Assembly (NCBI GenBank): GCA_965217585.1
Contig: OZ244561.1
Coordinates: forward strand, 1,728,001 to 1,792,000
Source: Candidatus Latescibacterota bacterium
GTDB taxonomy: Bacteria > Latescibacterota > UBA2968 > UBA8231
Reading direction: 5' to 3'
DNA length: 64,000 bases
Of the stretch, positions 50,698 to 61,120 are shown one piece after another. A program made the position numbers and the translations under genes. A model generated the notes under the pieces. The model was given only the letters and a program-made list of their open reading frames with translations, did no database searches and was not told where the DNA came from. Positions within the stretch are counted from its first letter, which is position 1. Every line of letters begins with the position of its first letter.

Positions 50698-52053
50698 ATG
50701 ATCACATCAATAGAAATGACAAATTTCAAAGCATTTGATTATGCTTCGCTTGGTCTTGGATCAGTAAATATTCTCTTAGGACCAAACAATAGTGGTAAAT
50801 CATCTGTTATTGCCGCTCCAAGGATGCTAGTTCAAACCTTAGAGAGTTATGATAATGGAGCACCACTACTTCTTAATGGTGTCATGGGAGACTTTGGTAC
50901 TTTCAAAGATATTGTTCACGGAAACCACCGTGCGCGTCGAATTGAGCTAGGGTTGCAGTTGTCTCGAGAACCTTTGGATCCTGAAGAGGGTACTGAACAA
51001 GCTAATCAGAATCAGGACATTACACTCTCTCTCGCATACAAGTACAGAACTCAAAGGCGTGAATTAGTACTACAAGAGTTAAAAATGCTAGAAGGAAGCA
51101 GCAGCCTTTTAGAAACACACTATGGCCCTGACTCAGAACGACAATTGATTGATAGTGTCGGCGGTCGGCGAGTGCCTAATGCCCTAAAATCATCACTCTC
51201 AACGGGTCTGAGGCTTCATAATTTTATTCCTCATGTCTATACTTTTATGCTACGCAGAGCTGAAGAAGGACGTCTTGCCGAGTTTATAACAAAAACTACC
51301 GAGGATAAAATTCGGCGGATTAATATAATTGGCCGTTTTGTATATCAGCAACTTTCCAACTGCGAATATATGGGAGCACTAAGAACTCCTCCTGACCGCA
51401 CATATTTGATAACTGGTGAACGCAGAGGCAGAGTGGGTGCTGCTGGTGAGTATGCTTCTAATATACTAGCTCTTGACGCGATGCGTGGTAAAGGTCGAAA
51501 GCGGCAAATTAAGCAAATTTCCGAGTGGTTTATCAAGGCAGGTATGGCCACTGACATAGCTATCGTGGCCTTATCTGATCGACACTACGAGATCCGTTTT
51601 CAACACCCGATTACTCGTGAATATCAAAACTTTGCTGATGTGGGATATGGTCATAGTCAAGTATTACCCGTTCTAGTTGGAGGGTACAATGTCCGTCCTG
51701 GTTCAACTTATTTTATTGAGCAGCCTGAAATACACCTGCATCCTCGTGCCCAAGCTGAGCTAGGCGATTTTTTAGTAGATCTCAAGGAACGCAGGGTTCA
51801 AACTATAGTTGAAACTCATAGTGAGCATCTAGTTCTCAGATTACAGCAGCACGTAGCTTCAGGGCTTATATCGCCACAAGATATCAGATTTTTCTATGTT
51901 CATGCTAAGAACAAACGCAAATCCACACAAGAAATGTCTATCGATGAAAGAGGCGTCTTTGAGAATGATTGGCCAGAAGGTTTTTTCCCTGAGCGCCTTG
52001 CTGAAGCTACGGCAATTGCAAAACAACGTGCAAAACGGGATACTGAAGAATGA
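50698..52053 (+). CDS. ABC-type ATPase (AAA_21/DUF3696-like)
   Basis: NFKAF, GPNNSGKS, GYGHSQVLP, IEQPEIHLHP, ETHSEH, WPEGFF; low GC. Confidence 0.88.
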   Translation: MITSIEMTNFKAFDYASLGLGSVNILLGPNNSGKSSVIAAPRMLVQTLESYDNGAPLLLNGVMGDFGTFKDIVHGNHRARRIELGLQLSREPLDPEEGTEQANQNQDITLSLAYKYRTQRRELVLQELKMLEGSSSLLETHYGPDSERQLIDSVGGRRVPNALKSSLSTGLRLHNFIPHVYTFMLRRAEEGRLAEFITKTTEDKIRRINIIGRFVYQQLSNCEYMGALRTPPDRTYLITGERRGRVGAAGEYASNILALDAMRGKGRKRQIKQISEWFIKAGMATDIAIVALSDRHYEIRFQHPITREYQNFADVGYGHSQVLPVLVGGYNVRPGSTYFIEQPEIHLHPRAQAELGDFLVDLKERRVQTIVETHSEHLVLRLQQHVASGLISPQDIRFFYVHAKNKRKSTQEMSIDERGVFENDWPEGFFPERLAEATAIAKQRAKRDTEE

Positions 52054-52598
52054 CACAGATGCACGCAGTCATAGATGCAAACGTAGTTGTTGGTTATTTC
52101 AAAGAAACTGTTAAAGATGACACAAACGACTTAACGGCTTCCCCGACTTCATTATTTGAGAGCCTTGGTAGTCTTGTAATTTGTTATGTTGATGATGGTC
52201 GTCTTATTGAAGCTGAATGGCGTGGATCTGTTGACCCTGAGTGGTTTGATGCCTGGTATGGTGGTCTATTGATAGATGACAGCATTCGAACCACAAAGAC
52301 AGATAATTGCCGCGATCTAAAAGCACAACTCGCAGATTTAGGATTTCCTACAACTACTAGAGATTTCTGGTATTGCCGTGTAGGTGTAGCCGTATCAAAA
52401 AAAAATGAAAAAGCGCATCTTATAACCGAAGATCTTGACTTCTATGAACCGAGAGAAAAGGAATGTGGAGATGCCCGCCGCAAAAAATTGTTGTACCACT
52501 CTGCCGGTCAAGTTGCCAAACATTTGCGCCGAAAATCAGATATTGAGGTGATATGCGTAGATAATGCTTGCTCACTCTTAACTCAAATAAGGACTCCC
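52050..52598 (+). CDS. PIN-like domain protein, no stop codon, in frame with the downstream gene
   Basis: ATGA overlap with the ATPase; AVIDANV, E, RD, LITEDLDF acidic pattern; low GC. Confidence 0.55.
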
Positions 52599-53669
52599 AT
52601 GAAGACATCCGATCCATTTGAAAAGGGCCTCGCAGCCGGTGAGGCCGCGGCTTCTGCCGCCGGAGGCGCATCACAAACATCGGCGAACGGCGGGCGTATG
52701 TATGTGCGCACACAGAGTTTTGGCTCAACCGATGCCGAGTTGCGCTTTTTGCAGCGCTGTGGCGTGCGCCACAAGGCCGCCAACTTTCCCTTCCACCCCG
52801 ACCGTGGCTGGGATCTCGACGAGTTGCTCCGAGAAAGAGAGCACCACGAGGCCTTCGGGCTGACATTGGATATGAGCCTGCTACCCATATATGGGCATTT
52901 TCCCAACATTATCTATTTTGGCAAAAGCCCGGAGCGCGACCGGGAAATCGACCTCGTATGCGAAATGATCCGAACCGCTTCGCGCGCCGGCATCAATTCT
53001 CTGCGCTATAACACTTGCATCCTGTCCATCGACCGTACCGAACGAGAAGAAGGTCGCGGCGGCTACTACCACACTGCGTTCCGCCTAGACAAGGTCCCGG
53101 CAGAAGAACAGGCCAAGCTGACTGAGGCCGGGCGCGTCACGGCAGACATGCGCTGGGAACGGATTGAGTATCTGCTCGAACGCATGATTCCGGTGGCAGA
53201 AGAATTCAAGGTTCGAATGGGCAATTCTCAGGAAGACCCTGCCACACCCCTCGGTTATAAGGGCGTTGACAAAGTTCTCAATGAATTTGAGGGCATGAAG
53301 CGTTTCATCGAGATTCAGCGCAGTCCGTATCACGGCTGGAACTTCTGTGTCGGCTCCATCGCTGAAGGGCTCGAAGATCCGGCCAATGAAATCTACCCCA
53401 TCATAGAATACTTTGGCAGCCGTAATACGATCTTCCTGGTTCACTATCGCAACCTCCTCGGGGGGCGCTACAGCTTCCGCGAGGCTCTGCCCGATGAAGG
53501 AGATATGGACTTCCACCGGGTATTAAAGGCCCTCAAGGACACAGGCTACTGTTACGGCATTGATCCCGACCACGTCCCGAGCACCGACGACGATCCGCAG
53601 GGCTACTATCAGTCCTATGCTTACTGCTTCGGCTACATCAATGCCATGATTCAGGCGGTCTACGGTTAA
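52599..53669 (+). CDS. Mannonate dehydratase-like (UxuA family)
   Basis: AAGGA RBS before ATG 52599; MIPVAEE, EDP, NFCVG, VHYRN, DEGDMD, PDHVP, AYCFGYI. Confidence 0.8.
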   Translation: MKTSDPFEKGLAAGEAAASAAGGASQTSANGGRMYVRTQSFGSTDAELRFLQRCGVRHKAANFPFHPDRGWDLDELLREREHHEAFGLTLDMSLLPIYGHFPNIIYFGKSPERDREIDLVCEMIRTASRAGINSLRYNTCILSIDRTEREEGRGGYYHTAFRLDKVPAEEQAKLTEAGRVTADMRWERIEYLLERMIPVAEEFKVRMGNSQEDPATPLGYKGVDKVLNEFEGMKRFIEIQRSPYHGWNFCVGSIAEGLEDPANEIYPIIEYFGSRNTIFLVHYRNLLGGRYSFREALPDEGDMDFHRVLKALKDTGYCYGIDPDHVPSTDDDPQGYYQSYAYCFGYINAMIQAVYG

Positions 53670-53697
53670 TCCATAGGTAGGTGGTAATGGTTCAGAT

Positions 53698-55110
53698 ATG
53701 AAGAACCTCAATCGACCCAACATCGTCTTCATCCTCAGCGACGACCAAGGCCCTTGGGCCGCCGGCTGTTATGGCAACGCGGAAATCCGCACCCCGGCGA
53801 TTGACCGCATCGCCCAAACGGGCATGCGCTTTGACAATTTCTTCGTCGCAACGCCGGTCTGCTCACCAAGTCGCGCAACCTTTTTGACCGGGCGGATCCC
53901 CTCGCAGCACGGGGTCCACGACTGGATCCGCGAGGGCAATGTCGGCGAGTCCGCAGCCGCCTATCTCGACGGCGAGGTGGCTTATACCGACATCCTCGCT
54001 GAAAATGGCTGGAACTGCGGCCTAAGCGGCAAGTGGCACCTCGGGCACAGCCAACTCGCGCAGCACGGCTTTGCGCATTGGTACGTGCATCAGCAGGGCG
54101 GCGGGCAGTACAACAACGCGCCCATGATCCGCGACGGCGAGTTAATCACCGAGCCGGGCTACGTGACGACAGCGATCACCGACGACGCGCTGGCGTTTAT
54201 CGATCGGCACGCTGACGGCGATGCGCCCTTTTACCTAGGGGTACACTACACCGCGCCGCACAGTCCGTGGACTGGTCACCCGCAGGAAATCGTCGATTCC
54301 TACGACAACTGCGCGTTCGACTCCTGTCCGCAGGAAGCGATTCACCCTTGGGCGGTGGGCCACCCGCTGAGCGAGAACTGCTTGGGCAACCGCGAGATGC
54401 TCAAGGGCTATTTCGCGGCGGTGACGGCCATGGACCGCGACATTGGGCGGATCCTCGACAAGCTGGAAGAACGGGGGCTGCGCGAGGACACGCTCGTTGT
54501 CTTCGTCAGCGACAATGGCTTTAGCTGCGGCCACCACGGCTTCTGGGGTAAGGGCAACGGCACCTATCCGCCGAACATGTACGAGAATTCGATCAAGGTG
54601 CCCTTCGTCGTCAGCCACCCCGGCCGCATACCTGCGGGGAGCATCCAAGCGGCCATGGTCAGCGCCTACGACTTTATGCCGACCTTGCTCGACTATCTAG
54701 GGCTGCCGCTGCCCGAGCGCCTCGACTTGCCCGGACAGAGCGTGCTACCGCTGTTGTTGGGAGCGGGCGACACCGGTCGGCAGGAGGTGGTGATCTACGA
54801 TGAGTACGGGGCGACGCGGATGATGCGCACCGAGGAGTGGAAATACGTCCACCGCTATCCAGATGGGCCGCACGAACTCTACGACCTAGTCAACGACCCG
54901 GACGAACGCGCCAATCTGGCGGACGATCCCAACCAAGCCGAGCGAATCGGCGACCTGAAGCGGCGGTTGGAGGCGTGGTACGAACGCTACGTAGTGCCCG
55001 ATCGCGACGGTCGCAACTTCGCAGTGACCGGCAAGGGACAGCTCAGACCGGTGGGCGGTCAGTGGGAAAACCCCGCGACCAGCACAAATCAACCATTCGC
55101 TCAGGAGTAG
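53698..55110 (+). CDS. Sulfatase (FGly-dependent)
   Basis: PNIVFILSDD, CSPSRATFLTG, GKWH, SDNG. Confidence 0.93.
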   Translation: MKNLNRPNIVFILSDDQGPWAAGCYGNAEIRTPAIDRIAQTGMRFDNFFVATPVCSPSRATFLTGRIPSQHGVHDWIREGNVGESAAAYLDGEVAYTDILAENGWNCGLSGKWHLGHSQLAQHGFAHWYVHQQGGGQYNNAPMIRDGELITEPGYVTTAITDDALAFIDRHADGDAPFYLGVHYTAPHSPWTGHPQEIVDSYDNCAFDSCPQEAIHPWAVGHPLSENCLGNREMLKGYFAAVTAMDRDIGRILDKLEERGLREDTLVVFVSDNGFSCGHHGFWGKGNGTYPPNMYENSIKVPFVVSHPGRIPAGSIQAAMVSAYDFMPTLLDYLGLPLPERLDLPGQSVLPLLLGAGDTGRQEVVIYDEYGATRMMRTEEWKYVHRYPDGPHELYDLVNDPDERANLADDPNQAERIGDLKRRLEAWYERYVVPDRDGRNFAVTGKGQLRPVGGQWENPATSTNQPFAQE

Positions 55111-55133
55111 CCAATGGCAGGCGCGTCACGCAT

Positions 55134-55979
55134 TCACTCCGGCAACACACTCCGCGCCGGCACAAATCCCAACTCCGCTTTAATCCGCGCAATATCATAC
55201 ACCGGATCCCGCTCGTGCCCCGCCCGCTCATAATGCGCCATGTCGATCCTCTCAGCATCCGCCCCATACCAAATCCGCATCAACTCCGGCACTGTACAGG
55301 CCACGCAGGCCTGCGTCCCCACCGCGTTCAAAATCCGCACCCCCGCCTCGTGCGCGCTCTCGGCCGCCAGCCGGAAGCACCGCACCGCATCGCTCAAATA
55401 CATGCACGAAATCGCCCCCATCCCCCACTGTCCCACCGGCCCCGGCTGCCGTGGCGCAGCTACCCTGTCCTCGGGCCAAATCGAAGCCAGCCTAATATTG
55501 ATGAAGTCTAGGTCCTCCCGCTGCCGCGCCAGATAGCGGGTCGTCTCCTCCATCATGTATTTGGAAAAACCGTAGCCGTCGCGGTCGAGACACGGATGTT
55601 CATCCGACATCGGCAGTTCGAGCGGCCGAAAATGCACCGACTGCATCCCGACCGCCGCGATCGACGAGGCCAATGCGAATTTGCCGCAACCCCGATCGAT
55701 CAGATAGCGCAACAAGCCGTAGGACCCCATGACATTGGCCCGCATGAGATCCGCTTCGGTGCCCGCGCCCGTCACCGCCCCCAGATGGACCAGCGCGTCG
55801 AAATCCCACCGGTCCAACCGCTGCAGATCCTCCACCCGCGAAAAATCTCCAACCACCACCGCCACCCCCGCGACCTCCGTCGGCTGGCGCGACAGACAGA
55901 CCACCTCGTGGTCCGCGGCCATATCCGCGGCCAACGCCCGGCCGATAAAACCGCTGGTTCCCGTAATCAATACGCGCAT
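55134..55979 (-). CDS. NAD-dependent epimerase/dehydratase
   Basis: ITGTSGFIG, YGFSK; ATG 55979. Confidence 0.88.
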   Translation of the reverse strand: MRVLITGTSGFIGRALAADMAADHEVVCLSRQPTEVAGVAVVVGDFSRVEDLQRLDRWDFDALVHLGAVTGAGTEADLMRANVMGSYGLLRYLIDRGCGKFALASSIAAVGMQSVHFRPLELPMSDEHPCLDRDGYGFSKYMMEETTRYLARQREDLDFINIRLASIWPEDRVAAPRQPGPVGQWGMGAISCMYLSDAVRCFRLAAESAHEAGVRILNAVGTQACVACTVPELMRIWYGADAERIDMAHYERAGHERDPVYDIARIKAELGFVPARSVLPE

Positions 55980-55980
55980 C

Positions 55981-57552
55981 TCAACCTCCCCGCGGGGCGA
56001 TCCGTTCCAGCACCAAGCCTTCGGGGCGCACAAAATCCTTGTAGCGGGCCAGGATTTCCCCCCCATTAATACTGCGGGCAAAACCTGCCCGCGCCTCCAG
56101 TTTCTTCACCTCGATCTCAACCCGATTGGCCCCGCGCCTTACCTCCTCCGGTGCCAGGCGAAAGCGGAACCAGTGCGCCGAAAAACCCAACGGGGCCTGC
56201 ACCGCCATACTGCCGGCGAGCTGAACGGGAATGGTCAACGCGCGCTCGTCGCTGATTTCGGCTTCGGCGCGGGACAGGACCCGGCCATTAAAGCGCATTT
56301 CGATGTCGTCCTCAATGCAGAAAAAGGCAAAGCGCAGCGTCAAGATGGCCGGGCGCATCTCGCCGTCGCGCCGGGCGCTCTCCACATCGTCGGCCACCCA
56401 AATGTCGAGCGCGACCGTCTCGCCCTCCAAGAGCTGTTCCGGCACTTGGCGCTCCGGTGTAGAAGTCTCCTCACCCAACACTCCCTCACGCGGCTGTAAC
56501 AAGTAGCGCTTGTCGCGCCGGGCGTGTACCTGCGGATAGCCGACCTCGCGCAGGATCTGGTACTCGCGCTCGGCAAGGGGCCAAGGCAGATAGCCCAAAT
56601 ACATCCCGGCGTAGCCCTGCCAAGCGAGGGTCTGACCGAGCGCGCGGTACATCTCAATACTCGGCAACCCCACCCGCTCGTCGTAGATCCGCCGCGGCGG
56701 CCGATAATACGCCGCAGCATCGGCATTCTCGGCCACTTCGGCCAGCCACGGTGCCTGAATGCTTGGGTCAACCAGCGCGTTCTCGTCCTGGCCGACGACC
56801 CAGTCGAGGCTTCCCGCTTTGAGCCAAGCCGCCACGTCCAACCCCACCGCGAGATTGTCTTCCTCGTGCAGATGCACCCGCGCCATCAGCGGAATTTCGC
56901 GGCCCTGCCGTGCGCCGATTTCCTCGGCCAACGCCCGCACCTTGGCCACAAACTCGCTCATCAGCGGCGTGTTTTTTTGGATTTCGTCCTGTTTGAAATA
57001 GAAGTTGTCAAAGCAAAAATCCAGTTCCAGCCCATCGGCTCGGTAGCCTTCCAGCACTTCGCCGATGATGGCCAGCTTGTTCTCCTGCACCGCCTCCTGC
57101 GCGTAGTCGTAACACCACTCGGCCCGCCCCGCGTCGCCAATGCACACCGCGGCCCCGCGCTGTTCCTTGAGCCGCCCCGAGCGCTCGTATCCCGGGCGGG
57201 CAGAGTCCTGGAGCTTGAGGCTGGGAAAGACCTGCAACCCCGTCTCCCGGCCGCGCTCAATGACGGCCCGCAATTGGTCAGTGCCCAGTTCCTTGGCCAC
57301 CTCGACCATCCGCATAATCCGCCAGTCGATGTAGTTTTCCCACACCTCCTTGCCCTGCCCCACCACGCGGCCGACCGCGCTCTGATGGAAGAAGACGTCG
57401 CTATAACCCAATCCCAAAACCAGCAAATCCACGCCCGTGCCCAATACCTCATCTACCGGCCAGTTCAGGAGGTGCCGACTGGCTGGTGGTTCGAGTCGCT
57501 TGGCGTGGAAGTGGTGTGCGTCGTTGTAGTGAATCAAACGGGGGTGGTCCAT
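55981..57552 (-). CDS. Hypothetical glycoside-hydrolase-like TIM barrel protein
   Basis: IHYND, CYDYAQEAV, DGLELDF. Confidence 0.6.
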   Translation of the reverse strand: MDHPRLIHYNDAHHFHAKRLEPPASRHLLNWPVDEVLGTGVDLLVLGLGYSDVFFHQSAVGRVVGQGKEVWENYIDWRIMRMVEVAKELGTDQLRAVIERGRETGLQVFPSLKLQDSARPGYERSGRLKEQRGAAVCIGDAGRAEWCYDYAQEAVQENKLAIIGEVLEGYRADGLELDFCFDNFYFKQDEIQKNTPLMSEFVAKVRALAEEIGARQGREIPLMARVHLHEEDNLAVGLDVAAWLKAGSLDWVVGQDENALVDPSIQAPWLAEVAENADAAAYYRPPRRIYDERVGLPSIEMYRALGQTLAWQGYAGMYLGYLPWPLAEREYQILREVGYPQVHARRDKRYLLQPREGVLGEETSTPERQVPEQLLEGETVALDIWVADDVESARRDGEMRPAILTLRFAFFCIEDDIEMRFNGRVLSRAEAEISDERALTIPVQLAGSMAVQAPLGFSAHWFRFRLAPEEVRRGANRVEIEVKKLEARAGFARSINGGEILARYKDFVRPEGLVLERIAPRGG

Positions 57553-57606
57553 GGCTAAGCTCCTAATTTTTACAGGCCCATCGGCCTCATAGTGGTTTCG
57601 TACACC

Positions 57607-58722
57607 TTAGTCCTTTTTGTGCGATAAAACCTGATCCATGTACTTTTCGCGGCCGAAGATCGGCTTTTTGTTGTACATCCGCGAGGGGTTGGGAATGAGG
57701 CGCAGGCTGCGGTCGGTCAGCGGCAGCGCCACGGGCGCACAGCCCTGCCGGTGCGACTCGCGCACCGCGATGGCCATTTCGAGGACCTTGACGCCGTTCT
57801 CGCCGCTGCCCGGCGGGTCCTCGCCTCGCTCCAGCGCGTCAACAATGGCCTTGCAGCTAGCCACGTTGCGGTCCCCAGGCCAGCGCCAGCCCTCGGCGTC
57901 GTACCCGCGTTTGGCGCCGTAGATCGGCCCTTCCGGCAAGACGCCCTCGATTTTTTCCAACTTCTCCCAACTCGCTCCGTCGCCTTCGACGTACCGGTAC
58001 AAGCCGGCGAGATTGTCGTCTGAGTAGAATATCCCGTCCTCACATGCCACCTCGTAGCCGCGGCCCCGCGCATCCTTGTCCCGGTAGGTAAACGCCTCGA
58101 TCCCATTGGTGAAGCGCACGTACCCGGCCCCGCCTTGGTCGTGGTCGCTCAGGGGATCGTCGCTGACCCAGCCCGATACCCACGCCACCTCAGCGCACCC
58201 AGCGAAATGGCGCATCAAGGTAAAGCGCTGACAGCCACCACCCGACATCTCCGTACCCGACCCGCCGAGCAACGTGATGCGCTTGACCGCCCCTAGCTCG
58301 CCCGCACCAATGAACTCCAGCGCCTTTTGGTAGGCCGGCAGGTTGACGTCCAAGTCGCCCGCGCCAAAGGGGATGCGCCGGCGCTTGCACTCGGCGACCA
58401 TGCGGTCGGCCTCTGCGAGTGAGGCCGCGATCGGCTTTTCGCAGAGGATGGCCTTGACCCCAGCTTGAGCGCAGTCGATGACGACCTCCGGGTTGACGCC
58501 GACCGGCAAAATCGGCGCGGCAATGTCGAGCGCTTCTTTTTCTAGCATCTGGCGATAATCGGCATAGCCGGGCACGCCCGTGCGTTTTTGAAACAACGCC
58601 AAATTCTCCGGGTCTCCATCGGCCACGGCCACCAACTCAGTGCGCTCGTCGAGCATATAGGCGCGCGCGTGCTGCGTGCCTTTGCGCCCGGCCCCGATCA
58701 ACCCCACGCGATATTTAGCCAT
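57607..58722 (-). CDS. Gfo/Idh/MocA oxidoreductase
   Basis: VGLIGAG, ILCEKP; AGGAGG RBS. Confidence 0.88.
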   Translation of the reverse strand: MAKYRVGLIGAGRKGTQHARAYMLDERTELVAVADGDPENLALFQKRTGVPGYADYRQMLEKEALDIAAPILPVGVNPEVVIDCAQAGVKAILCEKPIAASLAEADRMVAECKRRRIPFGAGDLDVNLPAYQKALEFIGAGELGAVKRITLLGGSGTEMSGGGCQRFTLMRHFAGCAEVAWVSGWVSDDPLSDHDQGGAGYVRFTNGIEAFTYRDKDARGRGYEVACEDGIFYSDDNLAGLYRYVEGDGASWEKLEKIEGVLPEGPIYGAKRGYDAEGWRWPGDRNVASCKAIVDALERGEDPPGSGENGVKVLEMAIAVRESHRQGCAPVALPLTDRSLRLIPNPSRMYNKKPIFGREKYMDQVLSHKKD

Positions 58723-58774
58723 CGTCGAAACCCTCCTTATTATGTATAGCAACCCTGAATATTGTGAATACTAT

Positions 58775-58801
58775 TCTGCGTCCATCTGCGTCCATCTGCG
58801 G
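58775..58801. repeat. Short intergenic tandem repeat of TCTGCGTCCA (~2.6 copies)
   Basis: tctgcgtcca-tctgcgtcca-tctgcgg. Confidence 0.6.
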
Positions 58802-58807
58802 ATCTCG

Positions 58808-59971
58808 TCAGCCGCTCCGGCCCGCCCGCACCCACAACAACCCTAGCGTCACCGCCACCATCACCAAAAAGGGCACCGCCAAGTGATTGAGCTGGTCCCA
58901 ACCCAGTATCCCCTCCAAAGGTGCCGCCCCGAAGCTAGTCAGCACTATCAGACCAAAGACCAAAAAGTCATTGCAGGATTGCACCCGCGCCTTTTCCTCG
59001 GGCCGGTGCGTCATCGCCAAGAGCGAAGTTGACCCTACGAAAAGAAAATTCCACCCCACGCCCAATAGCGCCAACCCGATTGTATAGTGATAGAGCCCAA
59101 TACCACTCAAATTGACCGCGATAGAGCACCCGAGCAACGCGAGGCCGGCGAACATGATCCGATGCTCGCCCCAACGCGAGATCAGGTGCCCGGTAAAAAA
59201 AGACGGCACGTACATGCCCAGCACATGCCACTGAATCACCCAGGCCGTATCGGCAAAGGAATGCAAATGCCGCTTCATCGCCAGCGGCGTGGCATTCATC
59301 AACAGCGACATCAGCCCCCAAGCAGCCACTGCCCCAATCACTGCCAGCGCAAAATCCGACTGCTGGGCGATCTCCCTGAGCGAACGCCCACCCGCCCGCT
59401 GCTCCTCGGCGCTAGGCGTGGGAAAGGAGACAAAACAGAGCACCGGCAAAACCAGCGCATGAACCGCGGCAATCCCCAAAAAAGAGCCGGCGAATAGATA
59501 ATCGGGAAACCACTCCCGCGACCACGCCGCCAGATTGGAGCCTGATACTGCGGCAATGACGCCCCCGGCCATCACCAGCGAAATGGCGCGACTGCGAAAA
59601 TCCTCGGCCACCACCTCGCCGGCCGCAAAGCGATAATAAGTGGCAAAGCCGTTGACCGCACCAATGCCCAACCCACCCAAACAAAGCAGCGCGAAATTGC
59701 CCTGGTACACGGCCAAGCACCCCACCAAACCCCCGACGATGCCCAACGCAGCACCCAGCGCAAAACCCAGCTTGCGACCTCGCCGCTGCATTAGCTGCGC
59801 CGCGGGCACCGTCATCAGCATCGTGGCTACCGGTGCCAGTGCCAGCGGCAGAGTCGCCAGCGCGGGATTCGGCGTCAACCGCTGGCCGATGAGCGCCATG
59901 CTCGACAGCATGACGATACTGGCAGTGCGCGAGAGGGCCTCGCACAAAAAGAGCAGCGAAAGATTTTTCAA
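58808..59971 (-). CDS. MFS transporter
   Basis: About 12 TM helices; YRFAA, IQWHVLGMYVPSFFTG, GVGWNF. Confidence 0.9.
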   Translation of the reverse strand: MKNLSLLFLCEALSRTASIVMLSSMALIGQRLTPNPALATLPLALAPVATMLMTVPAAQLMQRRGRKLGFALGAALGIVGGLVGCLAVYQGNFALLCLGGLGIGAVNGFATYYRFAAGEVVAEDFRSRAISLVMAGGVIAAVSGSNLAAWSREWFPDYLFAGSFLGIAAVHALVLPVLCFVSFPTPSAEEQRAGGRSLREIAQQSDFALAVIGAVAAWGLMSLLMNATPLAMKRHLHSFADTAWVIQWHVLGMYVPSFFTGHLISRWGEHRIMFAGLALLGCSIAVNLSGIGLYHYTIGLALLGVGWNFLFVGSTSLLAMTHRPEEKARVQSCNDFLVFGLIVLTSFGAAPLEGILGWDQLNHLAVPFLVMVAVTLGLLWVRAGRSG

Positions 59972-60001
59972 ATTAGCCCGGCCAGTCGGCCCCGCCGTTT
60001 A

Positions 60002-61063
60002 CTATTTTTTTTGTCGCCGCGTCCCCACCGCCGCGGCCAACTCCTCCAACACCTCCACCGTATCCTCCCACCCAATACAGGCATCGGTAATGCTCTGCCC
60101 ATAAACCAACTCACTACCCGCCTGCTGTTTCTGATTGCCCTCGATTAGGTGGCTTTCCAGCATCACCCCAAAAATATCCTCCGCGCCCCCTGCCACCTGC
60201 GCGGTGATCGCGCGTGCAACAGCCGGCTGGCGCTTGTAATCCTTGGCGCTGTTGCCGTGGCTGCAATCGATCATCACGCGATGCGGCAAGGCCGCTTCCT
60301 TGAGCCGGGCCGCAGCAGCGTCGACGCTGCCGTGATCGTAGTTGGTCCCGTCGCTGCCACCGCGCAAAATAAGATGACAACTCGCATTGCCCGCAGTCCC
60401 GACAATCGCCGCAATGCCCTGCTTGGTCACCGAGAGAAAGTGATGCGGATGCCGGGCGGCACCGATGGCGTCGAGGGCGATCTGCACATTGCCCGCAGTC
60501 CCGTTCTTAAAGCCAACGGGCATCGACAGGCCCGAAGCCAATTCGCGGTGAACCTGACTTTCGGTAGTGCGAGCGCCAATAGCGCCCCAAGCAATCAAGT
60601 CGGCGATAAATTGCGGCGTAATGGTATCGAGGAATTCAGACCCGGTCGGCAAGCCCATATCCCCCAACTGCACCAGCAAGCCGCGCGCAGCGCGCAAGCC
60701 GCTGTTGATGGCAAAGCTATCGTCCAAATGCGGGTCGTTGATCAACCCCTTCCAGCCGACGGTCGTGCGCGGCTTCTCGAAATACACGCGCATCACCACG
60801 TACAACGCGTCGCTTAGGGCCGCGGCCTTTTTCTTGAGCCGTTCTGCGTATTCGAGCGCGGCTTGGGGGTCGTGGATCGAACACGGCCCGACCACCACCA
60901 CTAACCGGTCGTCCTCTCCGGCTAGTATCGCGTCCAATGTGCGCCGGCCCGCAGCCACAGTGTGGGAGGCCGCTTCTGAAATGGGCAACTCTTCCATCAA
61001 AATCGCCGGCGGGATCAGCGGTTTGAGTTGGGCAATGCGCAGATCGTCAGTTGATTCGAACAA
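60002..61063 (-). CDS. aroG: DAHP synthase class I-alpha (AroF/G/H type)
   Basis: GPCSIHD, RVYFEKPRTTVGWKG, IGARTTESQVHR, DCSHGNS, SITDAC. Confidence 0.93.
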   Translation of the reverse strand: MFESTDDLRIAQLKPLIPPAILMEELPISEAASHTVAAGRRTLDAILAGEDDRLVVVVGPCSIHDPQAALEYAERLKKKAAALSDALYVVMRVYFEKPRTTVGWKGLINDPHLDDSFAINSGLRAARGLLVQLGDMGLPTGSEFLDTITPQFIADLIAWGAIGARTTESQVHRELASGLSMPVGFKNGTAGNVQIALDAIGAARHPHHFLSVTKQGIAAIVGTAGNASCHLILRGGSDGTNYDHGSVDAAAARLKEAALPHRVMIDCSHGNSAKDYKRQPAVARAITAQVAGGAEDIFGVMLESHLIEGNQKQQAGSELVYGQSITDACIGWEDTVEVLEELAAAVGTRRQKK

Positions 61064-61120
61064 GTCTTTCTACTCCTTTAGTAGCAGTTATAAATTCTTA
61101 TCGTCTAAACACTATTCACC

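Noticed and set aside
50354-50701. 115-aa ORF upstream of the ATPase
   Set aside because: No recognisable motif or RBS; AT-rich spacer with several competing short frames.
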